Of a stretch of DNA of 64,000 bases, positions 30,955 to 44,545 are shown one piece after another (the stretch's first letter is position 1; each line of letters begins with the position of its first letter). A program made the translations under genes and the position numbers. Below the pieces are notes generated by a model that saw only the letters and a program-made list of their open reading frames with translations, ran no database searches and was not told the origin of the DNA. Source of the stretch: the human T2T-CHM13v2.0 reference genome, Homo sapiens; the NCBI RefSeq assembly GCF_009914755.1, contig NC_060932.1; one strand, given 5' to 3'.

Positions 30955-33535
30955 ACAGAACTGTCATAGATGTCAGACTTGCCTGTCAAGTATATGCAAT
31001 ATTATTATAACTGCATTCCACATGTTCAAAAAACTTAGAGTCATGGAAAATATTTTTAAAATCTCAAAATTATAGATATGAAGACTACAGTTTATCATAT
31101 GGAAAATATAAAGCACAAGATTAACGGTGAATTAGTCATTCCAGAATAAAAGACTAGTGCATTTGAAGCTATATCAGTATAAGTAGTTAAATTGAAACAG
31201 AGAGAGAAATATTAACAAATAAAAATTGAATAGAGCCTCTGTAAAAAGTAGAGCAATTCAAGTTGCTGAATGCTAGTGCCATGAGAGTCTCCAAAGAGAG
31301 GAGGGAAGGGTGGAAACAGAAAAAAAATGGAAAATATAACAGTTAATTATTTTCTAAATTTTACTAATTCAAAAGAAACATGAAGAAAACATCACAAATT
31401 GCTCAAAGACAGTGATAAGAAGAAAATCTTGTAAAAAGTCAGAAAAAATATTGTGCATTATGTATAGAGGAACAAAGATTAAGAATTACAGAAGATTCCT
31501 TAGCAGATTCAAATCATAGAAGGTTGTTCTCTCATCAAAATGGAATTAAATTACAAAGCAATAACAGGAAGAACTGTGGTACATTCCCACATATTTAGAA
31601 ACTGATCAGCACATTTGTAAATAATCCATAGATCAAAGAAAAAATCAAAAATAAAATAAGGAAATATACAGAATGAATAAGAAAACGCCATGTATTAAAT
31701 GTGTGGGATAACCCTAAGGCAGCGAAGTAAGAGCTGCAGTCCTAAGTGCTAATAGTAGAGAAGAATTTCTTAATTGAATGACCCTAGTTTTCACATTCAA
31801 ACACTAGGAGGAAAAACAAGTAAGTGTTCCCCCAATTTATTAGTAGAGGAAATACTCATAATCACCGCGAAAAGCATAACAGAAAACAATAGAAAACATC
31901 AATGAAACCAGAAGCTGATTCTTTGAGAAAATTTTAAAATTTATAAAATTGTAGTTAGCCTGATCTGAAAATAGAGAAGAAACAAAATGTGAGAAAGGTG
32001 ACATCACCAGAGAAACTACTAATATTAAAATAATAAAGGAATATAATGAGAAAATGAATGCTAAAAATCTAGCAACTTAGATGGGTGGGCAAATACTCTA
32101 AAAGATACAAACTTGCAAAGCTCATTCAAGAAGTAATAAATAGACCAAATAGCCATATAGCTAATAAAATTATTGAATTTGTACTTACAAATTTTCCCTC
32201 AACAATGTTCCAAATATCTTTAGGCCTTGAAGGTATGTGTGGTGAAATATCACAAAGATTTAAAGGAGAAACAATGCCAATACAACTCCTGTAAATTTGA
32301 AGAGGTACACACACTTACCTGCTTGTCCCGTGAGGCCAGTATTATCCCAATACCCAAGTGAGATAGAGACTTTATAAGAAAAAAAATAGTGCAGATCAGT
32401 TTAGTCCATGAATGTAGAAACAATGTTTCTAAACTAAATTTTATCAAATAGAATCCAAAAACATATAAAACAATAATATATCATGACTAAGTATTATGTA
32501 TCCTGGGAATGCAAGGTGGATTGCATTAGAAAACCAATTGATGTAATTCACCATGCTAACACACTACAGAGAAACAACAACAACAATAACGTTATGTTTT
32601 TCAATAGATGCAGATAAATATTTGACAAAATTCAACATCCATTATTGATCAAAACTCCCTGCAAGCTATGAGTAAAAACTCATTTTTCTCTCCCCTTCAA
32701 CTTGAGTAAGTGTCTCTATGAGAACTGTTGTTAATATCACATTTACTCATAAAAGACCATATACTCTTCTTACGATACGAAACAAAACAAGTGCATTCAC
32801 TGTCACTACATCTGCCAACCATTATACTGAAGGTTTGATCCAGTGCAATAATAAAAGAATATAAAACAAAAGGTGTATGGATTGGAAAAAAACAACCCTA
32901 AATTTATCCACAGAAGAAATAATCATGTATGTAGCATATCTAGAACGATCTATTTTAAATCTGCTAGAACTAATAAGTGAGTTGTAGAATTCAAAATCAA
33001 CATAGAAAAACTATATTTTTAAGTAACTGTGATGAACATTTGGAAGTAACAGTTAGAAAATAATATATATTATCATCCAAAAAGAAATATTTAAGGTTTA
33101 TTTACTCCAGTACACTTCAAGATTTATACAGTAACCACTACAAAGCATTGCTGATAGAATATAAATAAAGCAAACCCACATACATGGGGAGATATACCAT
33201 GTTCATGGATTGGAAGAACAAAAATTGCCACACCTCAATTCTTTCCATAGTGACAATGATAAGCAAAAATTTTGGTATACAAAAAACAGAGAAAGTACCT
33301 TAGCCAAAACTCTTTTGGGAAATAACAAATTTGGAAGACTCCAAGTATAAGGCAGATTGTATAACAATAGTGATAATGATAGTATGATATTACTTAGGAA
33401 TAGATAGAGAAATAGAACAAAGAGTAGAAATATAGCACACACACAGGAGGAATTAATTTTTGTCAAAGGTGCTATAGGAATTCAATAGAGAAAAGGTATT
33501 TTTATTAAAAATAGTGCCAAAACGATTGGCCAAAT
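30955..33535 (+). mobile_element. Old L1M (ORF1 fragment joined to ORF2), degraded
   Basis: caatagatgcagataaatatttgacaaaattcaacatcc, gggaatgcaaggtgg, gatataccatgttcatggattggaaga. Confidence 0.8.
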
Positions 33536-34016
33536 TAATTTCATCTCTCATGTGGTCTAAAGTACTGTATTCCAAAGTAGTTATTTTAGTCCATTTGGGT
33601 CAAAATAAATAGAGACGTTTGTTTAAAGTCCAACTTCTAAAACTTCTGCTCAGCATTTGAATCTGAATCACTAATGGGCTCTAGAGCCAGCATCCCAAAT
33701 TATTTGATTAACAATAGCATGTGAGAACCACTAGGCTATAGGAGAAACAAGACGTGTTTATTTAAACGTTTTAGCAAAAACACAATATAGTGGACTGATG
33801 GGAAGGGAAAATGAAGTGAAAATTTATGGACACCTGATATGTGAAAAGTTCTCTGCTGTATCAGGGGTCCAGTCTCTGCTTTACTACCAACTAGCTATGC
33901 AACCTTCATTAAATCAGTAATCTCTGTAGCACATTATTCCATTTATGAAGACCAAGAGGAACATTTTGAACACCTCTAATAGTCTTTGCCACTCTCTTAT
34001 TAAAGAATTAGGCTCA

Positions 34017-34395
<379 letters not shown>

Positions 34396-34994
34396 CTAGA
34401 CAACAGAAAAATGAACTTTAAAATCTGTTAATATTTTAATACATTCAGACAATGTTAAAATAAATCAAAACTGTACCTCAAATTTTCTTTAAACTCAACA
34501 TTTTATTTTCAGGCTTAAATGATCTCAATTATTGTTTTACTCTTCCATTAAATTACTCTTAGATTACTTAATAATTTTAATTTAAATGAATTTCAAAAAT
34601 TGCATTGTGAAGATGATATTTTAGAAGGTTAATAAATCTGAAAATTATTTAAATATTTTACATAATTTAAGTGTATTACGGGTCAATGCGAAGGTATGAT
34701 GTCCAGAGCCCAGTTAGCTAAAATGCTGAATAACTGGAAAAAAACACAGCGTCTAGGCAAGAACTATTTTTCCACGGGCTGCTAATACAATTTCAAAAAG
34801 AAATCAAAATTTTTAGACTGTTGCTTTTGAGATATTTTGTCTGTTACACTTCAAAATCAACTGAAAACTTTGCATGCATCTTGCTTTATCTTAGCTATTT
34901 CACACGGGAATTTCAGCATATGCTTCCTACAAAATGTAGCATATTAAATAATTCAAAGTTACTTTCTTTTTATTATGTTCTGTAGAAAGACATT

Positions 34995-35230
34995 TCCACT
35001 CAGTTACTCCCCCACCCACGCTACACACTCAGTTTCCCCCCAACAACCCTATCCATTTGGTTTTCACCCCACCCACTCTACCCACCCATTTTGCCCCACA
35101 TCCATCCTACCCACTCAGTTTTCCCCCAACCTACTGGTCAAAATGAACTTCACAGCACATGTGTTGTATTTGCCAGATGGTCAGGGCCATCCGCCTATAA
35201 AAGGCAGGGGCTCCTTCAGCTGAGGAGTGT
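34995..35230 (+). promoter_or_regulatory. Candidate TATA-box core promoter with upstream CACCC cluster
   Basis: ccgccTATAAAAGgcagggg (TATA 35196-35203); several ccccaccc boxes; E-boxes cacatgtg (35156) and cagatg (35174); motif evidence only. Confidence 0.35.
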
Positions 35231-36372
35231 GCTGAACAGTTCTGCACTCACACAATTCCATCTGTCTTCCCTGTTTCACCCTTTCCATCCAGGAGGTTAG
35301 AAGAAAGGAGAAACTGAATTAAATACATCCTGTTAAAATATTTGTTTTCACCTCCAGTTTTGAATAGATCCAATTAGTGCCTATATAAACATTTTGTTTA
35401 ACCTGTGCAGGAGACATATATGAGTTTATGAACCAACATTCCCATTTCCCTTACAAAAAAAGTCTTTCATTTTGCATTACATTATACATTAAAGGCTTTG
35501 TTTCCAGAAAGATACTGAGATGGGGGAAAGGAAAAGGTATTGTTAAAGAAGCCCATGAACTATTGTACAAGAAATGTCACAGATTTACTACAGAACACCA
35601 CAGGTCATCTACAAGATATTCTGGCTAATTTATAACTAAAACCTTGGAAATATAAGAATGGCCTTTCACAAAGGATTAGCCATTAGCCATCATTAACATA
35701 CAAACCCTTGGAGCCTTCCTGAGAGCAATAGTTAAAACACTGACAGGTGTTTTAATGCCACAACTAAACTGACTCCACTTTTTGAAATAGTTGTTTTTGA
35801 TTACATTAACTATGTTGGACTTGAATTTCAACTGTGTGGCATGAATTATATTTTTACAATTAGCATATTGAGTCAAAATGACAGGAATTATAAATAATTT
35901 CCAGATATAAAATTTAAGAGATAAATCATGCTTTTAATGTCACACTAAAATGGTTCCCTTTGTTAGTCTCATTTTCCTGTACAATGCACATTTTACATGT
36001 TAGGAATTAAGTAGTCATTGGAAGCAGAATTTAGCACTGTTTCTACTTAGTTACCACTTTTTGATCAATAAAATTATTTCAGTGTACTATTTGCAGTTTT
36101 CTAGATTTGTTCTGAAAGTCATAGAATGCATATTAAATGAAGTAGGTTATTTTTACCCAGCAAATTACCAAGACATGGAAGAGGGGTGGTCATATTGGGA
36201 AGCATATGGTGAGAAACGGAAACTCACAGCCTTGTTCTTGGGTGTATGAATTGTTGTAACCCTTTTAGAGGACAGTTTTGCTCTATTTCAAAAACTTTAA
36301 AGGGGTGCATACTCTTTGACCTAGAAAATCCACTTCTAAGAATTTATGATAGAAACAGTACATGTGTTCCTA

Positions 36373-37023
36373 CTGCTGATTCTCATTAGTCTTGCTGGTT
36401 ATGTTCTCAAAGTCACCACAGACACTGAATTAGTGAAGACTGAACTGCTGCCCCCAGCCAGAGCGCAGGGTGAGGTTCCTATGAGCCTCTGACTGCAATG
36501 TTTTCATGAGCTGATCAATATGTGTGTTTCCATTTAAAGACATCTTATTTGTTATATATTGTTGATTTAACATTGAACTGATGACCAACAGCAATATAAC
36601 TCATGCAGAGAATAAATTGTACCTAACAGATGCATTTTCATTGCAAGACACATCACACCCTCTTGTGGCTAGGAACTCCAGCGGGCACTTCCGCATATGC
36701 TTGGGGGGCATTTTAAACAGCAAAGTTGCTAAGGAAAATTGGAAAATTACTAAAAAAAAAAAAAGGCTAAAAATTAACAAAAACATGTCACTAAATATAC
36801 CGTGGAAAGGATACCTGTTTTCAGCATGAGCACTGAAGCAAGCAAGCAGAGTGTCCTAGTTTAGGCCTCAGCTTGGAATGTGTTCTAGGGCAACTGACAT
36901 TTTTCACCACCTGTGCATGGATGCGAATGACCAGAGAAGCACTGTGAGTATTAATTTTGCAAATTAAGCTCAGCAAGTTGATGAATTCACAGATCTGACA
37001 TCACAAATGATAAGCATTAACTA
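36373..37023 (-). mobile_element. MER82 (TcMar-Tigger) DNA element
   Basis: TA-flanked; gacactgaattagtgaagactgaac, aacattgaactgatgaccaacagcaatataactcatgc and gcttggggggcattttaaacagc match the reverse of recalled MER82. Confidence 0.85.
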
Positions 37024-37532
37024 TATTCATATTTATGTAAGATATACATTTGTGTGTATATACACACCCCCACACACAAGAATATATAAAGATGTGCATC
37101 ATGATATCATCTATAATAATATCTATTACAAAGGTCTAAAGTATACAAGTTGAGTGCTTATTCCCTGAAAATGCCATCAAAATAGAATGAATGCTGATAA
37201 GCAAAGTTGAGTGAAGGGAGAGCACTTCCTCAACAGTGTTAGTGTCTGAGAAAGGGTGGAACGAAGGTGTAATATTTCAAGGGTTTCTGGAGTCTGATTT
37301 ACTGTGGAAAGTTCAGTGCCGGGCTTGATTAGGATTGGGTAAGCTCCATGATGTGAGTTTAGTGAGTTTAGTGCACACACACGAGAGTCCAGAGAGGAAA
37401 GTTTGAAAGCAAGGCTTGAATGGTGAACAGTCATTTGATGCTATCTACTGCAAGTTGCTTAGGCTGGTATCCCTTTATGTGACGTTATGGAAAGCTCCTG
37501 AACTACACAATAGAGTTGTCATCATATCAGCC

Positions 37533-38048
37533 TGTTTTAATCACACATAGGGTTTTGTTTTAATTGGGTATGGTAAGATGATAGTCACAGACACAACCAC
37601 GTTGAAGGAAAAGTGTATTTATTACTCATAGTTCTCAAGAGGAGGGGCCATCCCATGCCATGCAGGGCCACACAGGAAAGCACTGGTGTTGGTTCAGTGG
37701 CAGAGTGAGGAGAACATGGGCTGGAGACCTCACCACAGTGGGGAAGGAATGGGTAAGGCAAGGTCAATGTATGCACCAAGAGTAGGATTGGATTGTTTCA
37801 GTAAGTTCAGCAGCTCTGGGCCATAGGGATCATCTGCAGTTATTCTGTACCTGCCCCTCGGGGTGATTTTGGACAGGGGAAATACTTGCGTGGTGTAAAA
37901 GAGTTAGAAGAAGATGGCTGAGAGGATGGACTTTGGATACAAAAGGTGAGCTCACCTGCTGGTTGTGTGTTGTCTCTAGGAATTAGCTGACTCTAAGAAG
38001 ATGTCAAGGCATCATAAAATACAATTTTTACAAAAACATGAGTAATAC
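37533..38048 (-). mobile_element. ERVL-class LTR (MER74/MER54/LTR47-like)
   Basis: Minus strand starts tgtattactcatgttttt...gatgccttgacatc...gctaattcctagagac; family uncertain. Confidence 0.55.
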
Positions 38049-38369
38049 ACAACCCAGGCAAGAATTTCCTGGACGGTAATGTCGTGGTGAAGAAGATAGC
38101 TAAATAGTAAAGTCATGCTAAATCTAGGTAACAGGCTTTCGAATTATAAATGGTTTTGGTTTCGCCCACTGGAGATTGTTTAAGTCAATTACGGTACAAC
38201 CCTAGAACTAAATACAGAAGCCAAGAAAAACTCATTGTTAGAGACTCTGTGGCAGCAAGGTGGAAGGAAAAAGTCCTCAGTAAAAACGAGTAGGGTCTAC
38301 CCAGTCCTCTTGCTGACATTATTCTTTAGAGGCAAGACATAGGCCACAAATAGCCGGTCTGGGGCCTGC

Positions 38370-38899
38370 TGCAATGGTCGATTTAGGTGTTAACTGGATG
38401 GGGCTGAGGGATGTCCAGATAGCAGGCAACACCTTATTTTTGGGTGTGTCTGTGAGGGCATTCTGGAAGAGATCAGCATTTGAATCCATTGAGTAAAGCA
38501 GATCCACCCTCTCCAGTGTGAGGGGGCATCACCCATTCATGGAGGTCCCAGATAGAACATGGAGGCAAAAGAAGGTGGACTTGCTCTTTGCCTCAGCTGG
38601 GACCTCGATCCCCTCCTGCTCTTGGCTGTGGGTGCTCCTGGTTTTCAGGCCTCTAGGCTCCTGGACTTCCATGAGGACCCCAGCCCCTCCTCCCCATTCC
38701 CAGGCATTCAGACTTGGTGTGAATTACACCATGGGCCTTGCTAGGTCTCCAATTTGCGGTGGGCACATGGTGGGATGGCTCAGCCTTCCTGATTGTGGAA
38801 ATTAATTTCCATAATTAATCTCTCTGTGTGCATATGTGTGTGTGTGAACACATCTTAAATGCAGTACGGTTCTGCTTCTTTGGAGAAGAAGCCGATTCA
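38370..38899 (+). mobile_element. MLT2 (ERVL) LTR
   Basis: ttttgggtgtgtctgtgagggcattctggaagagatcagcatttgaatc ... gaattacacc ... ggttctgcttctttggaga. Confidence 0.85.
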
Positions 38900-41800
38900 G
38901 GGAAAATAACTCTGCCCTAAAAAGCTTCACACGTTCAGGAAGCGGAGACAGGCCATATCTAGGATACCCGGTAACACTCTGGCTTTCTGGCCAAAGACAT
39001 GCTGTGTTAGAGAGAAGAAGTCCGAGAGCTGAGCTGCGGCTCTCAGCTTGTCCCTCCCTTGAGCAGACTTGGACCTGCCGCTCTGCTCACAGAGATGGCA
39101 AGGCCGTGGCCATGAGACCTGTGTCCACACAGTCACAGCCTGGCTTTCCAGATTTTCTGACTTTCACATGAGCTTTATTAACTTTACGCCAAGTACTTCT
39201 CCTTTTATTGAATTCTCTTTTTTACATTCAGTAAGAAATGTCAGTAAATATCTCCAAATTGGAGATTAAAAAGAAAATCTAGAGATAAAAAAAGTTGAGA
39301 AATATCTCCAGCTCTCACATTACTTTAGTGAGTGGCATTGTTTAAATCCTTCAGATCTTACTTCAAGTGTGCTTAGGCGATTTAAATGACTTCTCTGTTT
39401 AAACAGGATAAAAAGGACGAGGACTTTATGCAAATCAAAAATTTCCAACTTGGCTATTGCAGCCAGGAGTGATTGGAAACCGATCCTCTTCATGTTAGAA
39501 GGGGATACCTGGTCTCCTCATATCTTCACCTTTCAGATCCCCATGCTCCTTCTGTGGCCTGACCGACATAACACACAGGGTCATGCGTGTGGCTCCCAGG
39601 CAGGCAGCTGCCTTGGTCAATGTCTCTAATGTCCAGCAGGTTGAAAGTGAACTGAATGCTGCACATAGTCTAGGGAATGCCCCAAAGTAGGAACAAGGCA
39701 GATCTGCCCTACCATGGGGTGCAGTGTAGAACCCCAAAAGGGAAACAAACTGAGAAACAAAATGGATAGAATGCAAGTTAAAACAAGATCTGGAATAGTT
39801 GGTTGAAATATCACCAGGGCACTACCTATTGCACACACACACATGCATGCACACGCACACACACTAATCCTTCCAAAAAATGGAAGAACCACTAATTCCT
39901 TGATCTGAATTTTCAGACAGATACAGCATTTGTATTTGTCCTCAGGAGTGTGATTGCAGGTGGTGGTGCAGCGATGGCGCAGCATGGTGACTTGCCGGTG
40001 GTCGTATCGTGATGACACAGCTTTGCCATCATTTATTTGAAATGCTTTATTATTCTTCCCAGCTGATTCGCACCAGCTCCCCATCCTTCCCCATCTTCAG
40101 GCCCTCATGAGTACAGCACAGGCAACGAATACCGAAAGGGGAGTTGCCACCGGGTGATGAAAAGGGGAAATGTCAGGAGATGGGATGGTCCATAGGGTCT
40201 AACAGGAAATGCCAGCCGAGAATGCCCCAAGACCCCGTCTCATTTTAAAAGCCCATTTGGCATATGTACACAGGCCATGCTTCAAAATAAACAAGCTTGA
40301 TATTCAGAGATCTAATTGTAAAACATGGAAACATGAATAGCTTAGTGTGATTGTGAAATGGAGGGGAATTGGAACTAAAGTGTGAGAACATTATTAAACA
40401 GCTGAAATGTGAAATAAATAATTATGCCCTTGTAATATAGATGTTAATTATTTGTAAAAAGGAAGTGTCTAATTTGTCTAGAAGGCATTGCAAAATTAAT
40501 TTCTTAATTTTGACCACAGCTAAAGAAATCATAGTCAGTGTCTCAGTATTTTATCATCTACAGTCACCAAAAATAGAAATGTACAGCATTGCAGTGAATA
40601 ATCTTATTAATATCTAACATTTAAGGTAAAGTTATTATTTTGTAATAGTCTTGATAATGTATTTATATAGATAATACATTGTATGGGCAACATATTTTAC
40701 TAGGTGGTGTTTGCTGTTAACTCTCGTAAAATTACAAACTAACTTTGGCACTGTATTTCATATGATAGTCACAGAATCACAGGACAGTAACCCTGGATTA
40801 CAAGTGGATGTTTTTGTTGCCTGTGGGTAGCACTGACAGGTTGCCCTGAGAAGGAATATGAGAATCACTTCCTGAAATGTGCTACATTTTGACCTAAATG
40901 GTGCTTATACACAGAAAATAATTCAGTGATATGTACATTCAATATTAAGGCACTTATGTAATTTACTGCCTAACTCAATAAATTAATAAAAAATCATAGC
41001 ATTGAATTCTATAGCTAAAAGAAACTTTAGACATCAATTTATTGCATTTATAATGAAACCAAAACCCAGAGAATTTAGATGGCATTTCTAAGATTGCAAG
41101 AGCCAAGTCAGAACCTGGGCCGGGGACTGCAGGTGAGCAGCCTTTCATTCAACAATACCCTGCCTCCGTCCTTCTGGAAAAACATGACTCCAAGTCCCTC
41201 TCCTCGGCAGAGGCATTGGATGACAAGGTTCCCTTCAGGTAAACACTGAGATCCTTGAAATAGTTTCTCAATAATCTCTTCAGGCCGCAGGGAGGTTGCT
41301 GCCTATAACTAAGAAAATCGCAAAGAGTGACACATTTTCAGGACCATAATATCCTCTGGGCGGGAGGCTTGTCCTTGCCCCTTTCACGTTTCCAGAACCC
41401 TAAACTGTGCTGCGTAGCTGCAACCATCTCAGCCCTTACCCGCAGGAAGGCACTGGACTCACGGATTAGTTGAGCTCCAGGGGTGACACTCACCTGCAGG
41501 AAGGTTGCAGGCACCAATGTTTGTGCACTGCCTTTAATCCTTTTAAAGCAAAAAGATATCAACCCTTTCTTACTCCTTCTGCAATCGTTACATAACAGGT
41601 TTTCGTCTTGCACTTTAAAAATAAATACTTTAAGTTGTCGGTTTTCTGGGTTATGTTATTTAAAGTCAGATATTTATTTTGAAGTCATAAATGGGTGGAA
41701 CTTAAAATCGCTTATAGGAACTTGTGAAGGCAAGGTGTGTTGTTAAGATTAATTTATAATGACACTGTTAATGACCTCGGTGTGATTTATGTGTGATGCT

Positions 41801-44191
41801 AATGTATGTTCTTGCTCTTCAACTTTCTTTAAAATTTATAACCATGGTTTTCCACTTAAAAAATGTCAACATTATTCCATTGGAAAATAATTAGCTTATT
41901 TCAATAGAAGAAGTATTTGTTATATTTTCTTGTGTTTAAGGAATAGCTTTTAAGTTTTCGTTGGGTGGGAAATCACTCCCCAAACCCTAAAATGTATATG
42001 GCAGTCTAAGTGCATGGTCCATGGAGCATTAGTTGATCCACAGAAATTGTAAGCGTAAGTTCTTTTCCTGGGATAACTCATTCATTTTTAAAAAATGGTC
42101 TCAAGAAGTATCATCTGTATTTTACTGAAATTCAAAGAGATTAGGGAACATGTCAACAGTCTAAGAGTAGAGTCAGGGTTCAAATCCAGACACTCCAGCT
42201 CTGAAGCCTCTACTTGGATTTCCTGGGACACAGAAAATACATCCTGTTATCATCATGCAGAAGAAAATGCAAATGGATTAATCTCATTTGGTAAAATTCG
42301 ATGATATAAAATACGATATTGAAATGCAGCACTCTTGCTCCTGAAATGTGTCAGTGAGATAACTTCCTTACCTCTGTTTAAGACTTCTGCATTGAGACAG
42401 TTTGATCCACACTTTTGTAGACTCAGGAAAATGTACCTAAGAGACTGGTGCCATATTAGGATGATTATGTTCTCAGTTCTCCAGGATACTGTGTGATCTT
42501 TACCTGAGAATTGTCTGCATTGTCTCTTCTCTGATACTAGTGATGAAATGAGAGACATCATATTCACTGTAGCATCACCATCACCCGGCATCGTTTTCAG
42601 AGACGACTCTCACATCTATTTTTAAAATTTTCTTAACTTGCAATGACTAACCTTACTTCTACCTCAATACCAGTTGGCTGAGTGGTTAAGGAAGTGTGTG
42701 GTGCCCGTTGTTCTAGAATATGATAATAATATTTCTTACGGAGGGGAACATGTTACTATTGAATATTGACATTTTTTCCTTAGTAAAATATTCATCAAAT
42801 GGATTAATGTGTGAGCATTTATCCTATTTTCCTATATAGAAAATGTGACTTTGTTTAAACACTTAACTTTCTAACTAATTGGTAAGAAAGATCAAAACAG
42901 AGTAAATTCAGGGGATCAAGATGCAGAGAGAAAAAATGTGGGTCAGAAAATGACAAGGTAGAAGCCTTCTGTAATCAGGGAGAAGAGCTCGGAGCTTGTC
43001 CTAGATTCTTAAAAACAAAAGAAAATAGAATTGGATGCCTGTTAGGTTCATGCAGCATCTGCTGTGGGGGCTGTGGCTGCTGACAGTCCTTTTAGAAAGT
43101 AGGAGCCTCCCTTGCTGACCATGCACTCTTTTCCCTGCGTGAATCGGCAGACTTGTTGTTTTTATTGAGTCTTTTTCTGTCTTCGCTGTCACTAAGCCTA
43201 ATGTTAGCTTGGAAATAAAATGGAGAAATGCTCTTCAGACAGTTGGAATGGAGAAAACTGCAGTAGCTCCGTTCTTAAATGGCTCTGACTAATTACACAC
43301 AGCCTGCCAGGCAGCTCCTGACCTGAGCCCAATGTACCAGCACACAGATGAGCCTTCTGACCTGAGGCTGGGAAGGCAAGCTGGCCTTCTGCCGCACTCT
43401 CCTTGTAAATGCCATCAAATGGCAGAAGAAATGAATTTGCCTGCCCAATTTGCTATTCTGCTACAATTTTCCTCTGGGTCTGCTCAGCCAGTTCTTTTGC
43501 AAGCTGTGATTTGAGGAAAGCACTAATGAGTAATTATATGGCTGGAGGGGGAAAAAAATGAGGACACCTTTAATGTGAGAGCATTTCCCCCTATTTGGTC
43601 AAAGTTGAGTTTCTTTGACTGACTTTTTCAAAGGGGCTGACGTGGGCACAGTTCTCTGATTTTCAACACTGCGACCGTTCTATTCTCCAGTGTACACTGA
43701 GCCAGGCTGTGTCACCCTTGTGTTTGCACACTGTCACTTAAAGTGCCCCATAAAACAGCAGGAGCTTACTGGGAATAGCTGATCTGTTTCCAGGTAATGG
43801 GATCTCTTCTTTCCAGGGCCATTAAAAGATACCCATTTCATAAAAAATGGTGGCTTACCAATGTCCTTGAGATAGATATTTCCTACTCTTGTTTATGGAC
43901 CAATTACTCAGTTACATGTTTTTATTATTTTTGCCCTAAACGTTCTTGACCTTTGTTTAATGGTAAAAGCCAGTCCTTGGAAGGGAGCCCTGCCTCCGAT
44001 GTCTGTAGGAGCTCCACAGAGGCTGAAAAGAATGCGAGGTTAGGCAAACTTTGAAGACACATAGACCATCTTCTGGGATGGAGAGTCACATGGACGTGCA
44101 GATGGAGCTGCTGGGGATGGATATCCAGCACTCGGAAAAAAGATTCTTACCTCAAACAGCAAAAGGAGTGCTGCAGCTCCCTCAAGGAGAT

Positions 44192-44545
44192 TGCCTGAGT
44201 CCATTTTGTGTTGCTAAAACAGAACACCTGAGCCTGGGTAACGTATACACAACCAGAAAAGTATTTCTCACAGCCCTGGGGCTGGAACTCCAACATAAAG
44301 ACATTGTCAGGTTCATTGTCTGGGGAGGGGCCCTTCCTCATGGATCTCGGTGTCCTCACATGGCTTAGGAACAAAGAGGCCAGGCAGCTTTCTGAAACCT
44401 CTTTTATGGGGCACTGATCCCATTCAGGAAGGTGAAGCCCTCAGAATTTACTCACTTCCCAAAAAGCCGCATCTATTATCACTATCCCCGTGGGGTTGAA
44501 GTCCCAACATGTAAACTTTGGAGGGATGCACGCATTCAAACCAGT
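44192..44545 (-). mobile_element. MLT1A/MST (ERVL-MaLR) LTR
   Basis: gagtccattttgtgttgctaaaacagaacacctgagcctgggtaa ... ggcactgatcccattca ... cattcaaacca. Confidence 0.8.

Noticed and set aside
39626-40084. 152-aa minus-strand ORF
   Set aside because: Runs through a (TG)n microsatellite; no recognisable domain or splice context
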